DNA from: a virus
Taxonomy: Duplodnaviria; Caudoviricetes
DNA: 44,922 nucleotides
IMG/VR virus record: IMGVR_UViG_3300033067_000720
Location: 1-44,922 of that record
Strand: one strand, 5' to 3'
This document shows positions 18,120 to 28,122 of the stretch, piece after piece (position 1 is the stretch's first letter; the number at the start of each line of letters is the position of its first letter). The position numbers were made by a program, and so were the translations under genes. The notes below the pieces were generated by a model. That model worked only from the letters and a program-made list of their open reading frames with translations, did no database searches and was not told the origin of the DNA.

Positions 18120-19651
18120 GCGAAGTTAGCCTTGTCGTAGTACGCCGTGATGTTCTGTAGAGCGAATGGACGTCCGTCGATGTCGACGATAACCCCCATG
18201 CAGAAATACTGACCAGACCCCCAGCCTCCGGCCATCGATGTGCGCTGCGTCGAAGACCCCCCGAACTCGGCAATGCCAAACTCTGAGATGCCGTACTCCG
18301 CGTCTGTCGCGCTGTCGTAAACGAATGTCTGAGAGTAGCTAGTAGTCGAGAAGTCCCAGCGCCAGTAGAGGACGGGAGTCAGACCTCCGCCCGAGTAGGC
18401 CGTCATGCGGATGCGCTTCAGCTCCTTGTAGAAAGCGTTCTGCTCTGGCCCCAGGTCCAGGAACGGAGAGCGGAATTCGAAGCGATAGGATGCTGTATTG
18501 TCGTTGTAGCCGTCGTACTTGCCGACAAGACCCCCAGCCCATCCGAATAGCAGGTCTCCGTTGACGCGGGTAGCCATACTGTAGGGCGTGAACCCTCTCC
18601 ACAGGAAGACGCGACGAGCGCCGTTCTGGAAGGCAGCACGCATGTCGACGCAGACCGTCTTGCCCGCGTCGATCGATGACAGCAGGTAGAACCCGTTCTG
18701 GGCAGAGAACGCCGAGCGGACCTTCGTCTGGTCTACGCCAGAGTCCAGGAAGTCAGCAATCACGGCATCGCGGATGTTCTCCGTGACTGAGTAGAAGGGC
18801 TGTCCCTTCTCCACGAGCACGCGAGCTAGGGAGCGGATACCGCTCTGCGACAGGAACATCAGCTCGCCTTCCCCGATGTTGCACACCGAGTCGCGGGCTA
18901 CTGTTCCCACCCCTTCGATCGACTCTTCGACGTACAGTTCGTTGGGGTCGACGCCGAGCTCAGAGCCCTTGCCATCAGACCAGACGATGATGTGCTTGCG
19001 TCCGAATACCACGAGGCGTCCGTTGAAGGCCGCAAGAGCCACGACGATGTCTGTACCGTTGCTCCAGACGCTGCTCATGTCGATCGTACCCGCGCCGTCC
19101 GCGGTAGCGTACTTGGTCTCGTCCAGAAGGGCGCTGTAGTAGATCGTCTGTAGGTCCGATCCGACGGACCATAGGCGACCGAAGGCCGCCAGGATGGCTA
19201 CCGGGTTTGGCGGGATCGTCCCGCTGGTAGCAGAGATCGTAGCAAAATTGCCCGTAGTGCGCGAGGCCAGTCCCTCTCCGGAAGTGCAGGCAATGCACTT
19301 GCCGTTGAAGTTCGCGAACTGGTAGTTGTCGTTGGTGAACGACAGAGATCCAGTGCGGTCAGTCCAGATTGCTCCGCTGTCCGCGGATGACCATAGCTTG
19401 TCTCCGCCAGCGGCCACGAACTCCGTAGTCCCTGCTTCAACTACATGCTCCCACAACGCCTCTATCGTAGGAGAGCCGGTGATCGGGCTGCTAGTCAGCT
19501 TGCTCCATCCCTTGCGCGCAGCGATGCGTCCGGCGCTGTCGATCACGCCGTTGTCCGCCACGACGGCCCATTCAGGGCCGAGCGGGACAGACTCCTGCTG
19601 CTTGTTCAGCCCCAGGTAGCCCGGGGATGGGAAGGCGGTAGGCGTTAGCAT
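18116..19651 (-). CDS. Tail nozzle / tubular protein B (P22 gp10-like)
   Basis: GLNKQ...NGVIDSAGRIAARKGW; beta-propeller-like; follows the adaptor gene. Confidence 0.8.
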   Translation of the reverse strand: MLTPTAFPSPGYLGLNKQQESVPLGPEWAVVADNGVIDSAGRIAARKGWSKLTSSPITGSPTIEALWEHVVEAGTTEFVAAGGDKLWSSADSGAIWTDRTGSLSFTNDNYQFANFNGKCIACTSGEGLASRTTGNFATISATSGTIPPNPVAILAAFGRLWSVGSDLQTIYYSALLDETKYATADGAGTIDMSSVWSNGTDIVVALAAFNGRLVVFGRKHIIVWSDGKGSELGVDPNELYVEESIEGVGTVARDSVCNIGEGELMFLSQSGIRSLARVLVEKGQPFYSVTENIRDAVIADFLDSGVDQTKVRSAFSAQNGFYLLSSIDAGKTVCVDMRAAFQNGARRVFLWRGFTPYSMATRVNGDLLFGWAGGLVGKYDGYNDNTASYRFEFRSPFLDLGPEQNAFYKELKRIRMTAYSGGGLTPVLYWRWDFSTTSYSQTFVYDSATDAEYGISEFGIAEFGGSSTQRTSMAGGWGSGQYFCMGVIVDIDGRPFALQNITAYYDKANFA

Positions 19652-20334
19652 GGGTTAAGCTGTAGCTCAGCGTCCCCTGCTTCGCGAGTAATCAGGTCGC
19701 CAAGGGCGATGTAGGCGTTGCGTCTGATAGCCTCCGCACGGGAGCCCTGCCCGGAGCCACGTTCCTCTAATGCCAAAGCGTAGGCGAGCTGGCGGACTGG
19801 GCGCGTAGGTGCCAGTAGAACGTCTGCTGCGGCTGATAGCTCAGCCTGCGGAGTGAAGAAGCGCGCTGACATGGCATACGCTCCGTCCGGTGCCGGATAG
19901 ATGCGCAGGGTCAAACCGTCCGCGCTGCGAAGCACGGAGAATGTGTAGGGCTTCTGGTTGGAAGAGGACACGCCAGCAGCGCGCCAGGACTCCAGTGTCT
20001 CTAGGGGCACTTCGTAGAGATGAGCGTCGTTGGTCGTGTCGAAGACTAGCGGCAGCCCGTCAGCGCTGTATAGCAGCTTGGACTCCTCGTTCGTGTAGCG
20101 AGAGCCGGTAGCATCACCGCCAGAGAAGCACTCGTAGTCCGTCTGGCCGGCTACGGTAGTGAACGTCATCTCGTGACGCAGGGCCTTCCACTGCCAGGCT
20201 CCTTCTACCTCAGCCTTGGCGTCGTTGATGAATGTGCCGACTAGCGATGGGTAGTTCTGCGTGATAGCAGACGCGGCGATCGTCGACTCGCGCATGCGAG
20301 TCAGGATGCCGTTGATGAGCTGTAGATAGGTCAT
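19645..20334 (-). CDS. Head-tail adaptor / tail tubular protein A
   Basis: MTYLQLINGILTRMRE...FINDAK...W.W...YPAPDG...ALEERG. Confidence 0.82.
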   Translation of the reverse strand: MTYLQLINGILTRMRESTIAASAITQNYPSLVGTFINDAKAEVEGAWQWKALRHEMTFTTVAGQTDYECFSGGDATGSRYTNEESKLLYSADGLPLVFDTTNDAHLYEVPLETLESWRAAGVSSSNQKPYTFSVLRSADGLTLRIYPAPDGAYAMSARFFTPQAELSAAADVLLAPTRPVRQLAYALALEERGSGQGSRAEAIRRNAYIALGDLITREAGDAELQLNPC

Positions 20335-20750
20335 GCCTGAATTTCGTAGCTAAAACTGAAGAAGAAGTCTGCTGAAGCAGCAGAAGATGCAACGTACTGA
20401 AATTCTACATAGTCGCTATTCGGCACGATCGCTAGTCCCTGTGCGGTAGAAGAGCTATATCCAGAGCCCGCTGCCTTGTGCCCAGTCAACGACGTGATAG
20501 GAAGCGTTGCCTTTAACTGGGTTGCCCCAGTAGCCGTTGGGTCAATATCAACGCGCCCCCATACGTGAACGACCTTTCCGACACGCAGCCACATCCAGTT
20601 TGTCGGGAAGGCCGAGGCAACATTCAGCACGTTTGTGAGCGTTGGCGTGTAGCTTCCGGACCCAAAAGACCCGTTGCGCTCACCAGTGGTATACCCAGAA
20701 GTCGCATCGTTGCGATGGTCGTGTCGCAACAGAGAAAATCGACGTTCCAT
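20331..20750 (-). CDS. Putative virion accessory (fibre-like) protein
   Basis: AAGGAG SD before ATG 20750; GSYTPTL...RVGKVVHV...LPI pattern of fibre C-terminal domains. Confidence 0.6.
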   Translation of the reverse strand: MERRFSLLRHDHRNDATSGYTTGERNGSFGSGSYTPTLTNVLNVASAFPTNWMWLRVGKVVHVWGRVDIDPTATGATQLKATLPITSLTGHKAAGSGYSSSTAQGLAIVPNSDYVEFQYVASSAASADFFFSFSYEIQA

Positions 20751-20790
20751 ATAGGCTCCTTCGTCATGCCCCCCGCGGGGCAGAGGCATG

Positions 20791-20818
20791 AAGAAAGAGG
20801 AGGCGGCTAAGCCCCCTC
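20791..20818 (-). terminator. Terminator after major capsid gene
   Basis: GAGGGGGC-TTAGCC-GCCTCCTC-TTTCTT on the minus strand. Confidence 0.7.
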
Positions 20819-20830
20819 GATCAGTCGAGA

Positions 20831-21829
20831 TTAGCTCTCGGTAGCTGTGCTTGGCACGATGATCGGAAGAACCGAAGTCGAACGAACGGTCTTCGTTCCG
20901 TAGATCACGTCCGCAGTGAACAGGTTAGCCAGGTATTCCTGCTTGTACTGTGTCTGCGTACGTACGCCCAGCTGCTCGACGAGCACGATGGCGTCACGCT
21001 GGAACATGAGAGCCGCCTTCTGGTCGGCTGTTCCGCCAGCGTCTTCCACTGTCGGAAGCTGCGTTGTGACGTAGATGTCTACGCCGTAAACGCTTCCCAC
21101 CATTCCGTTGCGGATGCTGTTGCCAGATCCAGACTCACCAGTGAACGCCTGCTCTGTGTAGCGCGCCAGTCCCAGCATGTCCTGCTTGATGACTGTCGGG
21201 ATGACCAGCACGCGGCCAGCCATCGGAGCGTCGTTGTCGTCCAGCTTCTTGATGAGACGACGGATACCCAGGTCTGTCAGATCCGTAGCGTTACCAGCGT
21301 TGGCGCTGGCTGTAGGATCCCAGGCAGTCGACCCATCCCCGATGAACGGGTTTGTGAACGATGTGGATGTGCTGTCGATGCTTCCGTCCGTGTTTTCCAC
21401 GAGCGTCGCAGAACCGCTGTTTCCGTTCGCCAGTGCGTCCAGGATGAGGTCCTTGTCGATACGCTTCGCGATCGCGTAGCCGGCGTCGTCTGTGTAGAAC
21501 GAGCGCAGCGACTCAAGCGCCTGGACTGCAGCGATGTCTTCGATGAGACGGCTGTATTCCTTGTGCTTGTCGATCACGATTGTCAGACCGTTGTCTGTAC
21601 CGTGCTGGATCAGAGTGACCGTAGCCTGGGCAGTCTTAGTGCTCGCAGCGCCGCGGGTAGGTGTTGGGATGCGGATGGTGTCGCCCTTCTTGCCCTTGTG
21701 AGAGAGCTTGCGAACGAGTCCACCGAAAACGAGGTTCGCCTTGTAAGCAGCGACAACCTCGTCGCTCCACAGTTCAGGAACGAAGTTCTGAACTTCGGAG
21801 ACGATAACGTGATTTGTACCAAGAGCCAT
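20831..21829 (-). CDS. Major capsid protein
   Basis: FVPELWSDEV...KKGDTIRIP...YTDDAGYAIA...RTQTQYKQEYLANLFTAD.IYG; follows scaffold. Confidence 0.95.
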   Translation of the reverse strand: MALGTNHVIVSEVQNFVPELWSDEVVAAYKANLVFGGLVRKLSHKGKKGDTIRIPTPTRGAASTKTAQATVTLIQHGTDNGLTIVIDKHKEYSRLIEDIAAVQALESLRSFYTDDAGYAIAKRIDKDLILDALANGNSGSATLVENTDGSIDSTSTSFTNPFIGDGSTAWDPTASANAGNATDLTDLGIRRLIKKLDDNDAPMAGRVLVIPTVIKQDMLGLARYTEQAFTGESGSGNSIRNGMVGSVYGVDIYVTTQLPTVEDAGGTADQKAALMFQRDAIVLVEQLGVRTQTQYKQEYLANLFTADVIYGTKTVRSTSVLPIIVPSTATES

Positions 21830-21893
21830 GATTCAATCCTATGTAGTAGACGGGCCGTTTGGCCCTGATTTATGGAAACAGATTCGCGAGCAA

Positions 21894-22784
21894 TTACTTG
21901 ACGCGACCCTCCGCGTACGCCTGCATGATCTCGGCCTGGAACGCCGGGTCTGAGTAGAAATCCGGACGTGTCAGCTTGAGGTTGATGAGGTCGACGCGAC
22001 GGTAGACCTTTCCGGCCTTGCCGCTACCCCCTGCGGAGTTCGCTGGGGCGGCAGCTGAGCCAGACTCTAGCCCTACGTTTCGGGCTGCCTCGACCGTCTT
22101 GGCCGGCGCTGCAGCGGCTGCTGCGGGCCTGGCCTGAGACTTGTACTCCGTCAGGAGGTCTGCTGCGATTGCGTAATCCCCAGCGGCAGCAACCTGTGCG
22201 GCGCGTGCTCGGATCGGGGACGCCTGTACCCAGGCGTCGAACTCCGCGTTACCGACGAAGTTGGCGTAGTCTGGGTGCTTGGCGACGAACTGCTGCTCCG
22301 CCAGCTGGGCTTCCAGCTGCTGTAGCTTCTGTGCAGTCGGGCTGTTCGCAATGAGCGGGTGGCTCTTGATGACCTGGTCAAGGGTCTTCGTTGGATCACT
22401 CAATAGGTCCGTGCTGCTTACTTCCACAGGGGCTGTGGAGGGCTTAGCACTTCCGTTGGTCTGCAGATCGTCGGCACGCTTCAGATCAAGCAAACGATCG
22501 GTCAGCTTGCGCTGGGTACCGAGATCGTTGTTAGCACGCCCTAGCGCGCTCTCTGTGTTGCGGTAGACGTCGATCAGCTCTGCCAGCGTCTTGCCTCGGA
22601 GCTTCGCTGGGATCTGTTCGTCGTTCGGTACCACAACATCGAGGGATGCTGTCGTCTTCTGATTTCCCTGGGCTGGGTCAGTAGACTGGGATGCTGGCTG
22701 GGCAACAGCGCTCTTGAGGTCGTCAATGAGAGACTGTGTGTTACCAGGAAGCTGATCTGCCGTGTCGGCCAATTCAAGACTCAT
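21894..22784 (-). CDS. Capsid scaffolding protein
   Basis: IPAKLRGKT...; C-terminal EIMQAYAEGRVK; directly upstream of MCP. Confidence 0.85.
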   Translation of the reverse strand: MSLELADTADQLPGNTQSLIDDLKSAVAQPASQSTDPAQGNQKTTASLDVVVPNDEQIPAKLRGKTLAELIDVYRNTESALGRANNDLGTQRKLTDRLLDLKRADDLQTNGSAKPSTAPVEVSSTDLLSDPTKTLDQVIKSHPLIANSPTAQKLQQLEAQLAEQQFVAKHPDYANFVGNAEFDAWVQASPIRARAAQVAAAGDYAIAADLLTEYKSQARPAAAAAAPAKTVEAARNVGLESGSAAAPANSAGGSGKAGKVYRRVDLINLKLTRPDFYSDPAFQAEIMQAYAEGRVK

Positions 22785-22838
22785 AATTACTCCTTACCGT
22801 CCGTATTAGGATTGGGGCTGTGGATTTGGTGAGGATCG

Positions 22839-23123
22839 TCAATCTGCGCCAGCGGAGCGACCGTAGTCGCCGTGGTCCGCCTTGCGCTTCTCTTCGATTG
22901 CCCTCTTCTCTCGATGCAGCCTATCGAAGTGAGCCAGGCTTTCTGGGCTGGCTCCCACGGTCAGCGCGATGGCTGAGCGGTCGATACGAGGCGTCGAGAT
23001 TTGCCGGACTGCGTTCTGCCCGCACTGAGGACATGGGGCCTGATGGATGTCAGGCTGTACCATTTCCTCAAACTTATGCGCGCACTCCGAGCACACGAAA
23101 TCAAAAAACATCAACTTACTCAT
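22839..23123 (-). CDS. FmdB-like zinc-ribbon protein
   Basis: FDFVCSECAHKFE...CPQCG...RQISTP. Confidence 0.8.
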   Translation of the reverse strand: MSKLMFFDFVCSECAHKFEEMVQPDIHQAPCPQCGQNAVRQISTPRIDRSAIALTVGASPESLAHFDRLHREKRAIEEKRKADHGDYGRSAGAD

Positions 23124-23418
23124 AGCGACTTTCCGCTTCCATGACAGCCGAGTCCCTGTTCTGCAGGGCCAAGGCAGTCAGCTCGGCTTCGATCGCCTGA
23201 GGCAGATTCTGGAGTTCAGAGAACACGGCCATAGCGCCTGTCGCGAGTCGATTGACGTCCCACGAGGTAGCATGCAGAGCTCTCTGCTGTTCTACCTGTT
23301 CCCTTAACTTCAAGTATGTCAGGATGGTTTCCCACCCCTTAGAACCAAACAGCTCTTCGGCTGCTCTGGCGTTTTCCTTCTGTTCGTCTGTAAGCCAGAC
23401 GAGAATATCCTGATCCAT
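23116..23418 (-). CDS. Conserved hypothetical protein (post-portal)
   Basis: LFGSKGW motif; position. Confidence 0.7.
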   Translation of the reverse strand: MDQDILVWLTDEQKENARAAEELFGSKGWETILTYLKLREQVEQQRALHATSWDVNRLATGAMAVFSELQNLPQAIEAELTALALQNRDSAVMEAESRYE

Positions 23419-23439
23419 TTGCCCTCCCGAGGCTGCTGG

Positions 23440-25494
23440 TTAGGAACCGCTCTTAACCTCCTGCTTCTTGAGGTTGAGCTGCTGCTGCTGTAGGTCCAGT
23501 CGCTGTTGCGCGATCTTGTTCTGCTCTTCGAACTGATCCAGCTCCTCGAAGGCAATGCGTAGACGCACGTCTTCCTGGCGCTGCTTGTCGTCTTCGACGT
23601 CGGCCTTGCGCATAGCAAGCATGGCGTCTGCCATTAGCTTGCGGATCTCCGCCACCGTCTTCTGGTTGGCAAGGAGAGCCCCCTGGGCTTCCGCGAGTGC
23701 TGTCTGGAACTGCACATCGGCCAGCTCCTTCTGCTTCTGCGCCACTTCCGGAGGAGGCGGCTGGATGGCAGCCTTGATGGCCTTCTGGATGTCCCCCTTG
23801 TTGGAGACCGCCGTGTTGTCGATGATGCCCTGAGCCACCACCAGCTTCACGCCAGGGAACTCTTCAGGCATCATTCCCAGCAACTGCGTCAGCTGCATAG
23901 CCTCTACTTCGCGGGCAACAATGCCCAGCGTAGCCACCACGCGGAACTCGTAGTCCTTCGGGTAGCGGCGAGGGTCGAACTGCATGTAGCGCCAGATCGA
24001 CTTCTTGATGAGCGGCTGCATGAGGTTGCGGTCCACATTCGCGATGGCGCGCTTGGCACGCTTCACGAAGGCTCCCATCATCAGGCTGTTCGAGCTGCTG
24101 CTATTTGCGCCACTCTGGCTCTGGTTCTTGAGGGACGAAGCCGTGTCGAAGGCTCCTGTGCCCATCTGAACCATGCGCTCCATTTCCTGCGTCTGGTTGA
24201 ACGTAGAGGCTTCCAGGTTGCCGATGGAGATAGGGCGAAGAACCTCGTTAGGGTCTCCCTGCGTCAGCCATACCTTGCCCGGTCGGATATCCAGCTTGAA
24301 TCCACGAGGGATACGCCCGGAATCCACGCCCAGCATCGGTGAGCTGATGAAGCCCAGCGCGTCGATACGGGCACGTAGCTCCGCGTCAAGCGCCTTCTGC
24401 GGGTTGTAACCCTTTTCGGCTACTCCACGTCCCCAGAAGCGTCCAGGCACCTTCTCGAACTGGAACGCCACGATGCAGCGATCCTTCATGACGAACGGGT
24501 TCACCATCGCACGGAGGAGAATGCCTTCGTTCGCGATAGTGACGATGGCCTCTACCAGAGGCCCGTCCCCGTGATCCGGGCGGTCCTTAATGTCCGCCTT
24601 CAGCATTTCGTCCAGCAGAGACTGCGAATCCTGTAGCTCATTCAGCAGGTTCAGTGGAACCTTGCCGTGATACTCGACGATGTCCACTTCGTCAGAGCTG
24701 ATAGGCGTCGTAGAGACGTCAGGCGCAGCGGCATCAGCCTCTGCTCCGTTGTTCATACGCGGTCCGCCAGACAGTAGGGGAAGAGCCGAGCGCAGGTAGA
24801 TCCCGGCCTCGATCTTCTCCAGGACAGCATGCAGGGGCTTCTTGATGCGGTGAGCGCATCCCAGCATTTCCCCGATCGTGCGGCCAGCAGGATCCGGAAT
24901 GAAATCATCCGGACGGATGGACTCCACGCAGACCACTACGCGCTCTTCAGGAGAGGCTTCTAGAGCCGCAGTGCGCGGGTTGCGCACAGGCTTCTCGTAC
25001 TGGCGTACCTGTACGTCGATCTTGACGATGCCGGTCCCGAAGATGGCCGCATTGAGCACTGACTCGCTGACCGCGTCCTTGACGTTCACTGTCTCGAAAT
25101 CTTCGAGCAGCTGATCGCGGATAGCTGCAGCGTCATCCTTCTTCTCGTCGGCAATGTCGTCGACGATATCCAGCCAGACGTCCTTGCTGAATAGGCCTTC
25201 CTCGATCTCCGAGACGGTCTGTTCGATAGCCTGGGCCAGCGCGGGGGCGATCAGGCGAGAACGCTCTGACTGACGGGTCTTGTCTTCTTCAGACCACTGC
25301 CCGCGCCACATGCGCCACCATTCCTGCCAGCGGCGCTGCCATCCGTTGTTGCGATGGGTTTCCCACGGAGCAACCTTGCCCATGATCCACGACATCAACT
25401 GCGTGTCTGGTGACTTCTGAGGCACACCAGAGCCAGATACCGACTCCGGTGTGTCTACTAGGATCGAGTTGCCTTGTGTGGCGGTATAGCTCAT
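23440..25494 (-). CDS. Portal protein
   Basis: RSRLIAPAL, IFGTGIVK, FIPDP, PGRFWGRGVAEKGYNPQKALD; C-terminal coiled-coil barrel; follows terminase. Confidence 0.93.
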   Translation of the reverse strand: MSYTATQGNSILVDTPESVSGSGVPQKSPDTQLMSWIMGKVAPWETHRNNGWQRRWQEWWRMWRGQWSEEDKTRQSERSRLIAPALAQAIEQTVSEIEEGLFSKDVWLDIVDDIADEKKDDAAAIRDQLLEDFETVNVKDAVSESVLNAAIFGTGIVKIDVQVRQYEKPVRNPRTAALEASPEERVVVCVESIRPDDFIPDPAGRTIGEMLGCAHRIKKPLHAVLEKIEAGIYLRSALPLLSGGPRMNNGAEADAAAPDVSTTPISSDEVDIVEYHGKVPLNLLNELQDSQSLLDEMLKADIKDRPDHGDGPLVEAIVTIANEGILLRAMVNPFVMKDRCIVAFQFEKVPGRFWGRGVAEKGYNPQKALDAELRARIDALGFISSPMLGVDSGRIPRGFKLDIRPGKVWLTQGDPNEVLRPISIGNLEASTFNQTQEMERMVQMGTGAFDTASSLKNQSQSGANSSSSNSLMMGAFVKRAKRAIANVDRNLMQPLIKKSIWRYMQFDPRRYPKDYEFRVVATLGIVAREVEAMQLTQLLGMMPEEFPGVKLVVAQGIIDNTAVSNKGDIQKAIKAAIQPPPPEVAQKQKELADVQFQTALAEAQGALLANQKTVAEIRKLMADAMLAMRKADVEDDKQRQEDVRLRIAFEELDQFEEQNKIAQQRLDLQQQQLNLKKQEVKSGS

Positions 25495-26840
25495 TAGTAG
25501 CCTGAATCCATGTCAAGTGCTTCCCAGGTAGAGACGTCTTCATCTTCCACATAGGAGACGGAAGCCATCTGGTCCACGTAGGCGATCGTATCGATGCCGT
25601 CGTCATGCGCCAGCGGATCTGGGAAGTCCGCCACCTGGTCCAGGAACCACTGGTTCCAGTCCCCTCGAACGAGACGTACCTTTCCTCGCTCGCTGCGCCC
25701 CTGTAGCGCCCACATGATGCGATCTGTCTTTCTCTGGTTGCCGTGCGTCAAGGGCTCCACGGTAACGTAGCGGTTGAACTCCCGCATATAGTCTTCTAGA
25801 TACGGACCTACTGCGTTTAGCAGCGCCCCCTTCTCTACCCCCAGGCGGCTGCCTGGGTACTTGCTAACTGTCTTCACCAGGCGAAGCGCAGTCTCTCTCA
25901 CGTCCCAGCGCCCATGCTGCATGTCTAGGACGTCCCAGGCATCGGGGGTCACTAGCGTAGCTCCGATGACCGACTCGTCTAGACGAGAGAGCTTGTTGCC
26001 TGATTCCTTGGAGAATCCCGCCAAGTCGCAAGTGATGACGATGGATCCGCCAGCCTCGTCTGCAGGGCTCACAATGATAGGGAAGTTGTCTGGCTTGAGA
26101 ACCTTACCTCCACCGGACACGAACGACGCTTCTAGTTCCTGCTTCAGCACGTCCATAGAGACGTTGCTGTCCCGCATCATGCGCTCGACTTCCTTCTGGT
26201 TCAGGAAGACATTGTCGCTAGACTTGAAATGGAACGCCTCGTATAGAGGACGCGGCTCCTTGAGCGGATCGAACTTGTACTCCAAGGCTGTCATGAACAG
26301 CTTGTAGAAGTGGTTCTTGCCCTTGGGCGTTCCGATGAATAGGGCTTCCCCCTGCACGTCCATCAGCGCAGGACCGACGATCTCGGTCCATACGTTAGGC
26401 TTCATGTCCGCATATTCGTCCATCACCACATAGGAGAGGGCAATACCGCGGAGAGAATCCGGGTTGTCAGCACCGCGGATGTAGATGCGGCGCTTGTTTA
26501 CGAGTTCGATCCACCCGTCGTTGGTGTTCTCGTTGGCGATCAGTCCCCCGACCTTCTGGTAGCGGAGCAGCTCACGCAGCTTGGGCCACATGATTCGCTT
26601 CGCCTGGTCGAAGGTAGGCGCGATATAGTACACGCCATGCTGAGCGCTTAGCTCATATCCCTGCGCATTTTCAGTGCGCATTGCCTCGATACCCAGCATG
26701 TATGCCGCAAGGTGGGACTTGCCGAAGCGGCGACCAGCGGCACAGACCTTGAATCTGGCCTCGCTATTGAAGATAGCGGCTTGGCCCGGATGGAGGGAGA
26801 CCTCCACCTGGGTTACGCGCTGGTTCTGGTTAAGAGCCAT
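25494..26840 (-). CDS. terL: Terminase large subunit
   Basis: LHPGQ, Walker A AAGRRFGKS, Walker B VVMDE, IGTPKGKNHFY, nuclease HDDGID. Confidence 0.97.
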   Translation of the reverse strand: MALNQNQRVTQVEVSLHPGQAAIFNSEARFKVCAAGRRFGKSHLAAYMLGIEAMRTENAQGYELSAQHGVYYIAPTFDQAKRIMWPKLRELLRYQKVGGLIANENTNDGWIELVNKRRIYIRGADNPDSLRGIALSYVVMDEYADMKPNVWTEIVGPALMDVQGEALFIGTPKGKNHFYKLFMTALEYKFDPLKEPRPLYEAFHFKSSDNVFLNQKEVERMMRDSNVSMDVLKQELEASFVSGGGKVLKPDNFPIIVSPADEAGGSIVITCDLAGFSKESGNKLSRLDESVIGATLVTPDAWDVLDMQHGRWDVRETALRLVKTVSKYPGSRLGVEKGALLNAVGPYLEDYMREFNRYVTVEPLTHGNQRKTDRIMWALQGRSERGKVRLVRGDWNQWFLDQVADFPDPLAHDDGIDTIAYVDQMASVSYVEDEDVSTWEALDMDSGY

Positions 26841-26847
26841 TCAGCTC

Positions 26848-27156
26848 TTAGCTTGGGTCAACGATTCGTGCAACCAGGATACGGACCGTTGTTGACGCCA
26901 GGTTGACAGCGCCCGCAGTGTTATTCAGCAGGGTGACTGTGACCGTATCAGCTGCAGTAACTGCTCCAGTTACAACTGCGTCGACTGTGTCGACTCCGAG
27001 CGAGACTCCGAGAACCATATCACCAAGAGCCACCCCAGGAACGGTAACGTCAGAAGACGCGAACGTACCGGAGCCCGTAGCCGCGTTTGCCAGGTCGAGC
27101 GTACCCTTGTAGCGAATGACGTCCATGAAGACGCCACGAAACTGCTGGACCGACAT
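26848..27156 (-). CDS. Putative head decoration protein
   Basis: VTVPGVALGD...VTAADTVTV beta-sandwich pattern. Confidence 0.6.
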   Translation of the reverse strand: MSVQQFRGVFMDVIRYKGTLDLANAATGSGTFASSDVTVPGVALGDMVLGVSLGVDTVDAVVTGAVTAADTVTVTLLNNTAGAVNLASTTVRILVARIVDPS

Positions 27157-27323
27157 TAGTTAGCCCCCTTCGGACGTGATGTGCTCTGATTGTCGGGCTT
27201 TCCGCCCTGTCCGAGAAACGCAGGCGGCTGGTGCAGACGCCCCGAAGGAGCCTTGCCCACCACCTGTCCGCCACCCGACTGATCGGTGCGGGTCTGATTT
27301 TCCTGCTTTGCGCCTGTGCTCAT
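27156..27323 (-). CDS. 55-aa disordered hypothetical protein (not in ORF track)
   Basis: ATGA overlap with the terS stop and TAATG overlap with the next start; MSTGAKQENQTRTDQSGGG... Confidence 0.65.
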   Translation of the reverse strand: MSTGAKQENQTRTDQSGGGQVVGKAPSGRLHQPPAFLGQGGKPDNQSTSRPKGAN

Positions 27324-27715
27324 GATCCTGATACCTCTGTAAACTCTGCATCGACTGTTGCCTGCACAGGCCCTTCCTGTGCGCTCTTCTTGAAGGTCGC
27401 GTTCTTGATGACGAACACGTACTTCGTATCTCCGCCTTCTTCTTCGTCCGTAACTGCTGCCGGGCTGATAGTCTTGTCCAGGATCAGCTTGGCTGCCTTG
27501 ACGTTCCCTTCCAGCGCCAGGTCGATCATCTTATCGACAATCCTACCAATCTTGTTGGAATCGATTCTCGCTCGTACGGCAGCCTCAAGCTGTTGCTTGA
27601 GCTGAACCAGGTGGGTCTTTGTGCCCACCGCGCGCCCAGCCGGATTGCCGCTGACTCCCTTTGGAAATGTACCGTCCGGGTTGCGCGCGACTACGTCCGT
27701 TGTTTGCTCTTCCAT
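27320..27715 (-). CDS. terS: Probable terminase small subunit (DUF5681-like)
   Basis: RNPDGTFPKGVSGNPAGR...ALEGNVKAAKLILDK; TAATG-coupled start. Confidence 0.78.
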   Translation of the reverse strand: MEEQTTDVVARNPDGTFPKGVSGNPAGRAVGTKTHLVQLKQQLEAAVRARIDSNKIGRIVDKMIDLALEGNVKAAKLILDKTISPAAVTDEEEGGDTKYVFVIKNATFKKSAQEGPVQATVDAEFTEVSGS

Positions 27716-28122
27716 TAGCCTCTGCCGAACAGAACGCCGATCCACCCTCTGCGACGACCGTCTCTCTTTCTACCAGCGCCTGATACAAATGTTGCTGTAT
27801 CTGCTACGACGATAGAGAATGTGTTAGACGACGCCGACCCATCCGCGTTGGTTGCTGTGACGTATAGCCCAGTCGTTGTTCCTACGACAGTAGGCGTCCC
27901 TGATAGAACCCCGGTACCTGTATTGAACGAGAGCCCGCTAGGCAAGGAGCCCGTGAGCGCATAGCTTGTAGGGCTGTTCGAGAAGTAGGTCGCCGTATCG
28001 AGGCTAGTAATCAACACTCCCGTCGTGTATTCCTGGGTAGGAATAGTGCCTGAGAAGACGGGCGGATTGGCCCCTCCTCCTGACGAGAATAGATTTAGAA
28101 GCTGCTGTAGAGCAAGAAGCAC
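27715..28122 (-). CDS. Putative Ig (He_PIG-like) domain protein
   Basis: GSLPSGLSFNTGTGVLSGTPT...VTATNADG. Confidence 0.85.
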   Translation of the reverse strand: MLLALQQLLNLFSSGGGANPPVFSGTIPTQEYTTGVLITSLDTATYFSNSPTSYALTGSLPSGLSFNTGTGVLSGTPTVVGTTTGLYVTATNADGSASSNTFSIVVADTATFVSGAGRKRDGRRRGWIGVLFGRG

